Source of the DNA: Camelus dromedarius
Taxonomy: Eukaryota
Length of the DNA stretch: 64,000 nt
Reading direction: 5' to 3'
Assembly: GCF_036321535.1 (NCBI RefSeq)
Contig: NC_087436.1
Span: forward strand, 14,632,001 to 14,696,000
Shown here: piece after piece, positions 1 through 13,439 of the stretch
Numbering within the stretch: position 1 is the stretch's first letter
Layout: each line of letters opens with the position of its first letter
Position numbers and translations under genes: made by a program
Notes under the pieces: generated by a model
The model's database searches: none
Told to the model about the DNA's origin: nothing
Seen by the model: the letters and a program-made list of their open reading frames with translations, nothing else

Positions 1-1219
1 AAGGGAAATAATCTCAAGTGTGCTGTCTGTGGACTAATAAAAAGATCACTCCTAAGGGGAAAACCTGGATGATTATTGTAAGGAATGTCATCCTCCTTGT
101 GGCATTTTAAAAAAAAATTTAAAAACTGACTCAAAATATTTGTTTTTTTAGTACATAGTATATAGTAGAATTAATAATTTAGCATAATTTTGAGATCATA
201 TGTTTTAATTCTGTTAATATAATCTGTATTTTTAAATGTTAATTTCTGGTTTTTGTTTATTCCAAGTATTTCACTCTTAACTATTATTTCTCAAAGCAAA
301 GATAAAAATGGACAATGATTTGGTTTGACGAAGTAATTCTTAAGTGTTTAACAGCAATAAAGTTTACTTAACCTCTCAGTATACGTTGGTTTTCCCCCCG
401 TAACAGCAAATACTGAAGAACTTAGACTGGGTCTGAATAAAGCAGGTGGTGACACCGGATTTTGTTAAATACCATAATACTGGCAGTTCTCTTGTAAAGC
501 AATATATGTGTCTCTGGAAAAAACCTAAAGTTCTGCAAAATCATACCCTAAAAATAGGGACAAGCCACTCAGGCCTATGCAGCTTTGTAATCTCTGTACT
601 AACAAAACTGGTAACAATTCTCATAAAATTTTGATATAACTAACCATTTGCACCCAACGTCAGTTAGTCTTCTCCTTTGAAATGTAGGTCCACAAGGGCA
701 TTCAATTCTGTTTAAGATAAATCATCAAAATTAAAAATTCTTATCCAGGATGTAGCCTTCTTTATCTGTCCTCTTCACCACCCCGCCCCCCCCCTCCTTT
801 TTTACGGTAAACATGCGGAAATATTTTCATGGCTTATTTATACTCACAGCTTGGCCAGATAGTCTGACATTGTAGAAATCCTAGCAGTTCTTGAAGCCGT
901 TAACCAGCCTCTGCTTGCTCTCTTCCGCAGGATTTTCAGGGGTTTTTTTTCCTTAAGGTCATCATATATTGCTAAGGCTCTTTCTGTGAGAAAGCTCATC
1001 CCTGATGGCTTTAAAACATTACTATGCTGGAGAAAATTCTTTCTGGACCAATGTGACTTTCACATTTTACTGATCTCATCCCTTAATGATGAAAGAATGG
1101 ACTAATTCTCAGTACAGAAACATGTTATGTAGAAAAATAGACAGTTGTCTCTAGCTGTCCCATTGCTGTGTCATCAGTCATGTATTGGACTGTATTTGTG
1201 CACGTTCGTGCTTATATTT

Positions 1220-1410
1220 ATATAGTACTGTGTAGTAAAGGAAAAGGGCTTTGGAGTTTGGCCTGGCCAAGTGAATCAAATTTAGGTGACTGAGCTTTGG
1301 TTATGTGAGGATAATACTATCTGGTAGGATTCTTTTGGAGATTGAGATAATTTACGTAAAACATCTAGCACAGTGGTTGGTATATAGCAGATGTTCAACA
1401 AACGTTACTT
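1220..1410 (+). mobile_element. MIR SINE remnant
   Basis: MIR core/tail ...gagattgagataatttacgtaaaacatctagcacagtggttggtatatagcagatgttcaacaaacgtta. Confidence 0.75.
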
Positions 1411-3469
1411 CCTTTTCTAGTGATGAATCTTGAGACTGCAAAGATTAAATGACTATCCCTGTATGTAGCAAAAGTCAGATTCACTGACTGTGTAATTCTT
1501 ATCTTAATTCCTGTCCTGACTATCATAATTCCTACACACGCACATACATACCTGTAGGTGCATAAATACATGCAGGTTCTCCTACTGATTTAAGGTTTAT
1601 TCTTTCCTTAATTGATTAATGTTTCACTAGTTCATATTCTGTTCTATTCAGATATTGAGGCTGATAATGACCAAAGATTGGCAGGGAAGCTCTTTCCTTG
1701 ATGTAAGTTCCTATTCTAATTAGACTAGCGCTGCTTTCAAGGGAAGGATGCTGTGTCAGCAGTTTAATTCATGCCTGTTTGCACTTTTCCAAGACTATAA
1801 AATGTTTCCCTAGCTACCTGATAATAGGCATCGGCAAATTCATTGTTTATTTTTTGAAAAAACATGGCATCTCCTTCGGTCAAAATAAAATATTGCCAGG
1901 TTGCTTGTTTTATGTTACTGCATTATGTTTATTATAAGAGTTTTCCTTTAGAGTAATTATAAATGAATATGAAATTAATTTGGTTAATATGAAGTTAACA
2001 CTTTTCTATTTGTTTTTTCAGTAAAATTTCTACCTGTTAAGATGGTCATCATTTTATTTTTCTATTTATAGATAAAAATACAACAACAAAGATTATTTTC
2101 TTTTCCCCAGACTGCTACCTTTTAGTGTAAAAAAGAAAGACTATCTTCAGTATTTCTGTAACTGAGATTTGTTTACATTATGTGCAGTTATTTACCCCAC
2201 AGTACCATTTGCAGTAACGTTGGAGAATATGCATGCTCTACATTTTATGGAAGATGTGCTATATGAGTTTGTAGTGGTTGTAATTATGTTCTTTTATGTT
2301 TTGACTGTAAGATTCAGAACTCATAGGATTTGACATTGCAGTGTTTCATTGGCTTTCATTAAGTTTTTGAGCTGTTACAATAAAAGCTATAATTACGGAT
2401 GTAGAAGTGATTGATTTTGAAATCGTATTACATATGCTAACATTTGTTTAGAATCGATTGATGTGTTTGATCAAATATAAGAAGCTTGAGGTACACATTT
2501 ATTTTAACTATTAGAAAAGAAAAAATGCTGCTGTTTAAATTACGGCATGCCATCAATTTCTGAGAAGTGAGATATGACAACAAATATGTGTCTTTTAGAA
2601 TCGACGAAATACTGCAGGTGTGTATATATATTTTAGGGCTCTTCTTTGGCGAGGAACAAATTTTGTGTTGCTGGTTGTTGAGGACCCTACTCAATTCTAT
2701 GTGTATGCACAACTGCACCAGTTTTTTCATTCATTTGTTCCTTCTTTTAGTATTTATTGAGTGTCTTTCATGTGTAGAGCTGGGTCATGTTTCTGGTCAC
2801 ACAGGATTTCTTCCTTCTTAGAACTTCTTTTATATATCCAGAGCATAACACAAAACCAAGTAATTGTTTGATAGCACAAGTAGTACTTACTTATATCTCC
2901 AACTAGATTTCGAGCTATCTTAAGGGCAAGATTGTTGTTTTTTATATGTTACAGATCTACTTCATTTCCTGGCACATACTTGGTAATTTGTTATAATTTC
3001 TTGATTAATTAAACTTTGTTTAGAATGGTAAGGAAAAGGAGTAGAGCATACACCTGAAAAGAGTGTCTATGATTATGCTTTAATATAATCAGGAGTTTTG
3101 AATTTTAGAAAAATAGAATCAAACTTTGTGACTCTAAAATGAGATACTAAAGATTTCTTCAAAATTAAGTGACTTTTCTGGATTTCTTTGACATTAGAAG
3201 AAATCCAGAAAAGCCCAGTGCTCTGGCAGCTGTGGCTTATTACCCAGCTGCAAAAGTGAATTACTGTTCTGAACATTGCTTGTGGAATCATGGAATGAAG
3301 AGGTGTCTAGAAGTAAATTAACTGGCTTCAAGCTGTATGTTGCATTCCCAAGTTTGTTAAATTTTTGGCAAATTTGGCAGCTGTTATACTGCTGTAGGAG
3401 CAGTGAGTGAATATTGTCCTAAATAGTTTCTATTAGAATCATTAAGATTCTAATCATACTGTAGTGGAT

Positions 3470-4535
3470 TTACAATAGTTCCTAGTCTACAACATAGTGA
3501 TTCAGTATTTTTATAGATTGTTTCATTTAAAGTTACTGTAAAATAACAGCTATATTTCCCTGTGCTATATAATACATCACTGTTAACTTACCTTATACAT
3601 ACTAGTTTGTATCTCTTAATCCCCTACCCCATCTTGCCTCTACTCCCTTCTTTCTCCCCCTTGATAGCTACTACTTTGTTTTCTGTATCTGTGAGTCTGT
3701 TTCTGTTTTGTTATATTCATTCATTTTATTTTTTAGATTCCACATATAAATAACAGACAGTATTTGTCTTTCTCTGTCTTATTTCACTAAGCATAATACC
3801 CTCTAGGTTGATCCATGTTGTTGGAAATGGCAGAATTTCATTCTTCCTTTTTCCTTTTTTTTTTCAATTGAAGTGAGTCAATTACAGTGTGTCAATTTCT
3901 GATGTACAGCAGCACGGTGTCCCAGTCATGCATATACATATATCTGTTTTCATATTCTTTTCAGAAATTCATTCTTTTTTATGGCTGAATAATATTCCTC
4001 TCCCTGTGTGTGTGTGCACGTGCACATGCACGCGCACACGCACACACACACACCCCCCACATCTTTTTTTATGCGTTCATCTATTGATGGACACTTAGGT
4101 TGCTTCCGTATCTCGGCAATTGTAAATAATACTGCTGTGAACGTTGGGGTGCATATATCTTTTCGAATTAATGGGTTTTTTTTTGATTTTTGTTTTTTTT
4201 TCAGATATATATGTAGGAGTGGAATTGCTGAGTCATACGGTAGTTCTATTTTTAGTTTTTTTGAAGAACTTCCATACTGTTTTCCATAGTAGCTGTACCA
4301 GTTTGCATTCCCATCAACAGTGTACTAGGGTTCCCTTTTCTCTACATCCTTGCCAGTTTACATTATTTGTAGACTTTTTGATGATGGCCATTTTGACAGG
4401 TGTGAGGTGATATCTCATTGTGGTTTGAGTTGTGTTTTCTGATGATTAGCAATGTTGAGCATCTTTTTTAGAAGCCTGTTAGCCATCTGTATGTCTTCTT
4501 TGGAAAAATGTTTACTCAGATATTCTGCCCGTTTA
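3470..4535 (-). mobile_element. LINE-1 3' fragment (ORF2 end + 3'UTR) with a nested younger insertion
   Basis: Antisense L1 hallmarks: gatggacacttaggttgcttcc, ggagtggaattgctgagtcatacggtagttctatttttag, ggccattttgacaggtgtgaggtgatatctcattgtgg. Confidence 0.92.
3846..3961 (-). mobile_element. Short 5'-truncated retroposon (L1 3' terminus) nested in L1
   Basis: T-rich tail at left. Flanked by cagaatttcattctt (3831-3845) and cagaaattcattctt (3962-3976), a 15-bp TSD with one mismatch. Confidence 0.8.
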
Positions 4536-4779
4536 TTAGCTTCTTTTTTTTTTAATATATTGCTAGATAATACATTCTTATAGCTACCACAAAGCTCAAT
4601 ACATAGAAGTTTGCCAACTATCCCAGAAGATCCTCCATGTGCCCTGACTCAATCATAGCCCCTTCCCTTCCTTTAATTAAGTCCTTTCCTCGAAGTTACT
4701 CTTACAGAAATCACTTCCTTTTGTTTATGATTCTCTTACTGAAGTATGTCTCCCTAGGTATTAGTGTTTAATCTTGACC

Positions 4780-5240
4780 ATTTAAAAAAAGACTAGCTGT
4801 TTCTTTTAAGTCTGTTTTAGTCTACAGATTCATTTTTCATACCTTTCTTGAAATTTACCTGTTTGATCTGTTTTTCAGTCTGGATTTGACTGATTGCATA
4901 CACATAGTACAGTTTAGCACATTCATCCATCCTTTTTGCTTCCTCAAACTGGCAGCTGGATCCAGAGGCTTGATTGGGCTTGGTTTGATCCCTCTGTCAG
5001 GGCGTGGTGTTACTTCATTAAAAGTCAGTCACCTAGTGTCTGGTGTCCTTCCTTCTATGATGTTAGTAGCTGTTAATATTCGATGCCTTCATCCATTAAT
5101 TTATTGGAGATTGCAGAGTGTTAGTCTTTGAATTCTCTCATTTCTTTTTCATTTACTAACATAAATAATTTTATAAAGAGATGCTTTCCCTTATTTGCTA
5201 TTTGATTCCTTAGTGCTATATCATAGTTCACTTAGGAAAG
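4780..5240 (-). mobile_element. Old L1 (L1MC-like) 3' fragment
   Basis: cagtctggatttgactgattgcat...ggatccagaggcttgatt resembles the L1MC-group 3'UTR. Confidence 0.55.
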
Positions 5241-5434
5241 GTAGTAATGGTGTATTATACCAGAGTATGCTAGTTTATCTGTTCGGATCATATTTGAAAG
5301 CCAAAATTATATAAATTGTCGATGATGATTAACCAACTGTAATTAAAAAAATTTAATTGGAGAAATAAAAATTTGTCAAACATATGAAGAATACAGATTT
5401 TTCCAAATAACAGCAATTATCAAACTTGATTATC

Positions 5435-5735
5435 TTATACAAATGCCCATCAGAGGTAGAACTTTTAAATGGTATTTTTACCATTGGTATTTTTACACTA
5501 TAGAAACTATATACAGCAATGAGAGTGCATAATGCTGAGCAAAAAACAAACAGAAATAAACCTTAAAAAAGGCACAAGTTATACAAGAGTATAAATGTAT
5601 TATTTTATTTATATAGATTTCAGAAACAGGAAAAATTAATCTGGGTGTTAAAAGTCATGACAGTGGCTATCCTTGTGGGTGAAACAGGCTAGTTTCTGTT
5701 AAGTCACTAGGGGGGTTCTGGGTTATCAGAATGTT
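5435..5735 (+). mobile_element. Old L1 (L1ME-like) 3' fragment, sense
   Basis: caaatgcccatca...tatacagcaatgaga...aaacaggaaaaattaatctgggtgttaaaagtcatgacagtggctatcctt. Confidence 0.7.
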
Positions 5736-6232
5736 CTTTTTTAAAATTAATTTTAGCTTTATTGAGGTATAATTGACCTAAAATTTTAAGATATGTAAAG
5801 TGTACATTGTGGTGATTTTATATACGTATACATTGTGAAAGAATTTTCCCATCTAGTTAATTAACACATTCATTACCTCACTTCACATATTTCTCTCTCT
5901 TTCTTTTGGTGTGAACATTTAAATTCTACTCCCTTACCAATTTCAATTTTATAATACAGTGTTATCAACTATAGTCACCCTGCTTTACACTAAATCCTCA
6001 GACATTGTTAATCTTATAGCCGAAAGCTTGTACCCTCTTACCAACCTTGCCATATTTTCCCCAGCCCCCAGCAGTCACTTTTCTTCTCTGTTTCTATGTA
6101 TATGTATGTATGTGTATATGCACCACATCTTTTTTATCCATTCATCCATTAGTGGACTCTTAGGTTGATTCTGTATCATAGCCGCAGTGAATCATGCTAC
6201 AGTGAACCTGGGAGTGCAGATATCTCTTCTCT
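5736..6232 (-). mobile_element. LINE-1 3' end (L1MA-like)
   Basis: ttttagctttattgaggtataattgac...tttttatccattcatcc...ggagtgcagatatctctt. Confidence 0.88.
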
Positions 6233-7074
6233 TGGAGGGAAGCAGTCAGTTGGAGCTCTTTGAGAAAGACAAATAGGGTGGTGGGGGAGTTAAAATCTTG
6301 CCACGTCAAGAATGATGTAGTGAAATTAGAGTGGTTATGTTTGAAGAATAAGCTAGATAGCATATAGGATTAAATTTGATTTTTGTGGCAACCAGGGAGG
6401 CCATGCCAAGTAGAAATTCAAGGACAGAGATTTCAGCTTTGGTAAAGGAAGAAGTAAGTGTAAAGTTGATCAAAAAGTACAATGTGTGGCTCAGGTCGTG
6501 GAGGCTGCCGATCATGGAAAGGATTTAAGCAGAGATTTGGTCCTCTTTCATCAGAACACTGGCATTTGTTGAACACCTGCTGATATAAGCACTTGATCTG
6601 TGTTAGTTCTTACATACCATACCCTTTGAGGTCCATTTTTCACATACCATGCTTATGACCTACTAGCAAGCAGACCTGAGGCCTTCTAATTCAGCTCTTC
6701 CCTTCCTCAGCTGTTGCGATCTTGGGCAGGGCCTTTAAATCTCTAGATTCAATTTCTACAGCTGTAAAATCAGGGGGTTAAATAAGAATAGTCTTAAGCT
6801 TTCCAGCTCAAGAATTTATTCGTCTTTGTATGGCTTATAACGTACCTGCCCACCCAGACCAGCAGTGTTCAGATTTTTGGTCTGAGAACCTCTTTCACTC
6901 TTAAGAAGTATTAAGGACCTGATTGGAAGAAAGGTGATGTTTAGGGCTCTGAGAAAGGAGAATGGTCCCTATCTTAGGAGGAGCTTTTATATGAAAGAGT
7001 TGCAGCGATGTCATGTTACTGTCACCTGTGCCCTTTCTCGTGGTGCTTCGAGATTTTTATTATGCCACGTTGGA

Positions 7075-7305
7075 AGACAGGTCGGTCTAGTGGAATGAAC
7101 ATAAACCTTGGCTCAGACATGTCTGAATTTCAAACATGTTACTAAATCTTACTAACTGTAAATCTTTGTAATCTAAGTGACCTTAATCCAAGGCTATTTC
7201 CTGTTTTGTAAAATGGAAGTGACGATGTCAGGGTTGTAGATTAAATGAATGTGCTGTACCTAGCACAGAGTTGGTCCCTAGTGGGCACTCTGTAATGTTT
7301 GCTGA
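7075..7305 (+). mobile_element. MIR SINE
   Basis: tagtggaatgaacataaaccttggctcagac...ttttgtaaaatggaag...agattaaatga...cctagcacagagttgg. Confidence 0.75.
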
Positions 7306-8751
7306 TTACATAAATGTGGTGGGAATATCTTTACTAGTTTGAATATAAAACAGGCTTCTTCACCTGTGAGATTCCGTATTAATATTTTAGTTTCTGTGTC
7401 TGCAGTAATCAAACTGCTGTAGTAGAAAAATTAAGGCATGTTTTTTATGACTTTCAATTAATTATTATTATTCTTTTGAGTTAACCTACTTTTGCTTGGG
7501 TGAGAGGAATAACTTCAGAATGAAGGAATCCCTTCCAGAAACTTGGAAGTTCTAAGAGATATTCCTTCAAACAGATCTGAAAATCAGCAGTTTTGGAGAG
7601 CAGTGACCACCATTATTGTCTTCCCGGTTATTTGAATGGCTGAGTTTAGTGGTAAAATCCTTAGGCCGTCGTCATTGTGATAAGGAATTCGAGTTGTGAC
7701 CGACCCACAATGCTTCTTCTTAGTTTTAGATTGAGTGTACAACACAGCATTGTTTGTACTGAAATTGAGGGTGTTTGGAAGTTCGAGAGTGTTTTACAAC
7801 CACTGCCTTGTTAGGTTTGTCCAGAAATACTGTTCTATAACCTGAAAAATTTTAAAAATTTCTTGTCTGAAAAATTACAGATCATTACATAAGGGATCTA
7901 GTTTACTGATTGAATCATCATGACAGTGTTGCTTTATTTCATTATAACTAGAAAAGATCTTTGTAAGGAAATCATGGTAGTTATTACTATTTAAAAAATA
8001 ATAGCTCTTAGTCTTCACTAAAAAAGAAAGAATAGTTTTAAGTGTATTGTAATTGTTTCTTGGTATTAAAATGAGTATTTTACATGTTTGATTATTTTGT
8101 TAGTGATGGTGATGGATTTGCTTTTATTTATTTATTTATTTTTCGGATGCTTTTTCAGTCACTGTAGACATTGGTATGCAGTGATGGAAATGGACTACAG
8201 TGAAGTTTGTTTTACCCGGTTCCTACTATGATTATATAACTTCTAGAAGTTTTTCTCATCTATATATCTTACAAAGGTCTGATTAGGGTAGATGGTTGTC
8301 TCATATTTAAAAAAAAAATAGTATCTTTATAGCCACTGTACTCTGCTTTTTGGGTTACAGGGCTTATATCTTTGGTCAGCATTGTATCCCCAGTGCCTGG
8401 CACATGTTAGAATTTAAATATTGTTTCTTTTTCAATTCAGATACACATTTTCGGAAGGTGCACTGGGTGCAGTGCAGTCAGGCAGTATCTTCCCCCAATA
8501 TGTCCACTCAGCCTTCCTGCCAAGAATTTGAAGAGGAAGATGGAATGCTTGTTTCTGAGAGTCAACCTGTGAATAGTGATTCTCTGGCATATTCATCTAA
8601 ATGAGGTACTCGTTTGGCCTCAGAGACCAAGAAAGGAAAACCAGGCAAGAGTTACCTGAGTCCTAATTGCACACATATTGACTAAAACGTCCCAGGGACC
8701 CAGGCATGGGGGGATCAAGCAATAGCAAATGAGACTGGGATTCCTAAATTT

Positions 8752-9168
8752 ATTTTAACACCTATATTGTGATATGATTCCTGTACAGCAAACCACACAT
8801 ATTTCAGATGTACAATTTGATGAATTTTGATAGATGTATACACCAATGAAATCACCACCACAATCAAGATAGCTAACATTTCCATCACTCCCCAAGGGGT
8901 GCAATTTTCGAATTCTCAGTTTATCCCTTCCCACCCTCTTTACTTACTGGTAACCATAAGTTTGTTCTCTATGTCTGTGAGTTTGTTTCTGTTTTGTAGA
9001 TAAGTTCTTTCTGGCTTTTTTTTTTTTTTCAAGATTCCACATATGATTGATATCATATGGTGTTTTTCTTTCTCTTTCTCACTTACTTTACTTAGAATGA
9101 CGATCTCCAGGTTCATCCATGTTGCTGCAGATGGCATTATTTTCTTTTTTATGGCTAAGTAGTATTCC

Positions 9169-9225
<57 letters not shown>

Positions 9226-9628
9226 ACACACCACATCTTCTTTATCCAGTCATCTGTTGATGGACATTTGGGTTGTTTCCATGTCTTGGCTATTATAAAT
9301 AGTGCTGATATGAACATTGGGGTGCGTATGTCTTTTCGAATTATGTTTTTCTCTGGGTATATGCCCAGGAGTGGGATTGCTGGGTCATATGATAAGTCTG
9401 TTTTTAGTTTTTTGAGGAATCTCCATACTGTCCTCCACAGTGGCTGCACCACTTTACATTCCCACCAGCAGTGTAGGAGGGCTCCCTTTTCTCCACACCC
9501 TGTCCAGCATTTATCATTTGTGACTTTTTAATAATGGCCATTCTGCCTGGTGTAAGGTGATAGATACCTCATTGTAGTTTTAGTTTGCATTTCTCTAACA
9601 ATCAGTGATGTTGAGCATCTTTTCATTA
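8752..9628 (-). mobile_element. 5'-truncated LINE-1 with TSD and well-preserved ORF2 C-terminus
   Basis: Minus-strand [19 protein letters not shown]...[12 protein letters not shown]...[31 protein letters not shown] is the L1 ORF2p C-terminus. Direct repeat ggattcctaaattt at 8738-8751 and 9629-9642. Confidence 0.96.
9171..9222. repeat. (TG)26 microsatellite inside L1
   Basis: Perfect dinucleotide run. Confidence 0.98.
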
Positions 9629-10264
9629 GGATTCCTAAATTTAAGAAGTAAATAACAAGAGAACATTTTCTCCCCTTGTGCTCTACAATAGTTGCCAACC
9701 TAAAGTTATGCTCACTAGTTTGTGAACACTATTTAAAAAACAGTCACTAGATTTGTAAAATAATAGTGAGGCAGCAGAGAGGCCAGAGCTAAAAAATTTG
9801 AGTCACTACTTGCTCATTGTGATGGTGTTGAGGCTTTCCTTAAAGATCCTGAGTTATTTCTGAAATTTAGCAAATTCTGGTTTTCTTTGGTCCTGTGATC
9901 ACCAGCTCTTTGTGTAGTGGCTTCAGATGTTGTTCCTTCAAGTCCAGTTGCTCATGTGACCCTATTATATTCTTCATTCCAAAGTCTCCCTACAGCACAG
10001 TTCACAGTGAACGGTGTGCTGCTTACTCGTCAGTGCCAGGAGTTGTGGGCCCTGGGGAAGCTGCCTCCTTGCCTGTTGGAGTGGGAAAATCAGTGTTCTG
10101 GCCTTCGTCTTGGCACCCTGATGTGATAGTATCTGGTATGGGTGTAGGGAAGTCCCAGTTCCAGGCCCAGAGCAAAGAAGACCTAAACCTTCTTCAGCAT
10201 GTAGCAGTGGGAGAGTCAAGGAAGGAAGAGAAGTGTTTGCATTGTCTTCAATTAATTACACATT

Positions 10265-11010
10265 TTTAATTGAGGTGCTTTTATATAAAGTGAAATGCAC
10301 AGATGAATTATGACAAACGTATGTTTATATAACCATAACCAACACACCTCAATCAAGATACAGAATTTCTATCACTCCCCACATTTCTCTCACACTCCAT
10401 CCCATTCAGTCCACACTTAGGCAACTACTACTTTTCTGATTACTATCACTGTAGATTAGTTTTGTGTATTTGTAAACATCATATAAGTAGAATCATATAG
10501 TGTTGCTTTTTTGTATCTGGCCTCCTTTATTTAACGTTCTGTTTTTGACATCTTTGTTGTTGCATGCATCAGAAGTGCATTCTTTTTTATTTCTGTGTAC
10601 TATTCCATTGTATGAATACATCTCAATTTATCCATTCTTCTCTTGATGAGTATTTGGGTTGTTTTCAGTTTTGGCTATTCTGAATAAAGCTGCTTTTATA
10701 AGCATTCTTGTACAAACCTATTTGTAGACATTTCTCTTGGTTAAGTACCTGAGAGTGTATGTGCTAGCTCATAGAGTGTGTGTTTTTATGAGAAATTGCC
10801 AAATGGTTTACTGCAGTGGCCAGTAGCCGTGTATGAGAGAGTTTTCAGTTGTTTCCAGTTTTCACCATTTGGTGGTGTTTGTAATTCTTGTGATGGGAAA
10901 TTGTGGTTTTAATTTACATTTCCTTGATGGCTAATGTTATTGAGCACCTTTTCATATGTTTATCAACCCTTTTATATCTTCTTTACTCAACTATTTGTCA
11001 TTCACCTGTT
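10265..11010 (-). mobile_element. Old L1 (L1MB/L1ME-like) 3' end
   Basis: ttttaattgaggtg...caatcaagatacagaatt...atttgggttgttttcagtttttggctattctgaataaagctgc...ttgagcaccttttcatatgttta. Confidence 0.88.
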
Positions 11011-11889
11011 TTTTCCACTCAGTATTTGAATGGTAAATGACCGAATTACTCCATGACTGAATTCTGTTATCATTTACCTTTCTCATCCAGATTTCAGCTT
11101 TCATATCCAGAGCCGACAACCCCCCTGCTCTGAGCCATGATGACAGCACCGCTCCACCTAAAAGACTTGTAGGAGGGATCTGTTAGCTCAATAGAATTTT
11201 TTTCAGTGGAACTTCATTCTTGGACTACTACAAAGAAATAGAAATACCTGGTGACAGCTTAAGATGGACACTTCCATTTTTATATTTTAAAAATCTGTAA
11301 TCACCAAGGTTTTTAGTTTACAGTCTATGAGAAAAGAGTATAAAGACAAACCAAGACGTATTGAAGATGGATAGAGGTGAGATCAATTTAGGAACATCTT
11401 GTGCACTGTGCTTAGGGGTTTAGATTTATCCTCCAGAATAGTATTTGTAAGTTTTGCAGAATCACTCTCGTGTTGCTAATTCTGTCTTTGCACACTATCC
11501 CCCCGCCCCTTCTCTCACAAGTTCTCTCTTCACCTGTTTAATATTTTGCCCTCTTTTGAGCAAAGGGTTTAGCATGTAAAAAGTTCAGAAATTGCCACTG
11601 AGCTGTTGACATTTCACTTTCTGGCAGCAGCACAGAGGGTAGATGGGGTGGGGTGGGAGACAAAAGATAGGGAAATTACTAGAGGTGTTATTCAGATAGC
11701 TTGGGCAAGAGACAGATGATACATGCTTATTAAACAAAACTAGAAAAGTGGGGTTGATTGTAGAGCTACTTAGGAGGTAGACGTAGGAGGACTTAGTGAT
11801 GATAAGATTGGGTGAGAAGAATGTGGGAACAGGCAAAGGTGGTGGTTGGGATGATGGGAACCAGAATGATATCTAGATTTCTCCTTCCC

Positions 11890-12425
11890 CACTTTGTTAA
11901 CTTTCAGAAAAGTTCCAGGTACAGTACTAAGAACTTACTTTACCCCAGAACCATTTGATAAGTTGCCAAAATGATGCACCGTCACCCCCAAACATTTGAA
12001 TATCCGTTTTTTTTTATAAACAAGGACATTCTTCTGCATAATCACAATATAACCATTACAATCAAGACATTAGCATTGGTATATTAGATTGTCTATTCCT
12101 CAGACCCCATTTGAGTTTCACCAGTTGTTCAAATAGTATCTCATATACGGATAAGATTCCATTCAGAATAATGGGTTGCATTTATTTATCATGTATCTGG
12201 AACAGTCCCTTGATATTTTGTTTATTTTCATTCCTTTAATACTTTTGCAGATTGCAGGTCAGTTGTTTTGAACAGGGACCCTTCATTTGTTTGTTTCGTG
12301 TTTCCTCGTTAGTGGATGCAGGTTATGCATTGTTGACAGGAACACCCCAGAAGTTATGCTGTGTCACTCTCATTGCTTCTTATTAGGAAAACATGATTTC
12401 AGTTTGTCCCATTACTGATGCTCAC
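11890..12425 (-). mobile_element. L1MC-like 3' fragment
   Basis: aacaaggacattcttctgcataatcacaatataaccatt...gtttcaccagttgttcaaatagt. Confidence 0.7.
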
Positions 12426-13439
12426 TTTCAGGCTTTCTCAGTCTTCTTACACTGGGAAGACACTTCAAATAGTTTTCTGATCTTGGGAACCTCCACGTAA
12501 AAATTGTTGTATCTGCAGCTCATAGTACATTCGCTTGACCGGTAAATTGTAGATATGATTCGTTGATAATTATCAGTGCTCTTTTGAGTACAGAATGCCC
12601 TTTTTCTGTGGATATGTTTATATTGGCAAATTTATTAGCCTCTTCTTTTTCTATGGTCCCCCCTTCCCACAGAGGGTATCCGCTGCAATACAAGTTAATA
12701 GAGCAGATTGAGGAAACTCCAGTTTTTTCTTTTTTTTTAAACTTTACTACTTTACCTTTTTTACCTTGTCTAAATAGGCCTTACCACAAATTTTTACTGT
12801 TTGAGTTCCAAATGAGATACAGTGTGTGCAAGAGTAGTTCCCCTCCCCCAATATTTAAAACTAAAAATACCTTTTTAGCCAGCTTTTCTTGGGGGGAAAT
12901 GTAACCCCTTGGTAATTAAGCTTAGCTTACTTTCCTTGAAATTAATCTCTTTTATCATTTCATAAATTTTGCCAACTCTTAAGAAACGTAATAAATCTCA
13001 TATAACTAGCTTAAACCAAAATGGGACTTAATTTTTCTTAATGTAGGCTCAGCAGATTTAATTTAAATGAAGGTTGTAAATTGATTTTAATTAATGTTAT
13101 TTACAACATGAAAATTTCTTGACGTTGTTGAATAGTAAAGCAACTAAAACCATAAGCCAAAGCAATATGAATATAAAAATATTGCCTAAGACACAAATTT
13201 ATTTAAGACTTTGAAAAAACAGTTCCTTATTCAGTGACATGATCAGGCTCAAATGTAGTCCTAGCAGTTAGAAAATTACTGCTTTTATAGGCTCAAATGT
13301 GCATAAAAGCGTTCATTTTGAATCGTAGAAATAGGAATTATATTTTCCTCTTTACTGTGAGTTTACCTCTTTAATTTACCTTTTTAATGTAAAAATTACA
13401 TTCGTCTTGTTTTTTGCATCAGAAATATTAATTCAAGAT

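Noticed and set aside
8940..9531. 170-aa and 119-aa ORFs as genes
   Set aside because: Truncated L1 ORF2 end plus (TG)n-derived low-complexity translation.
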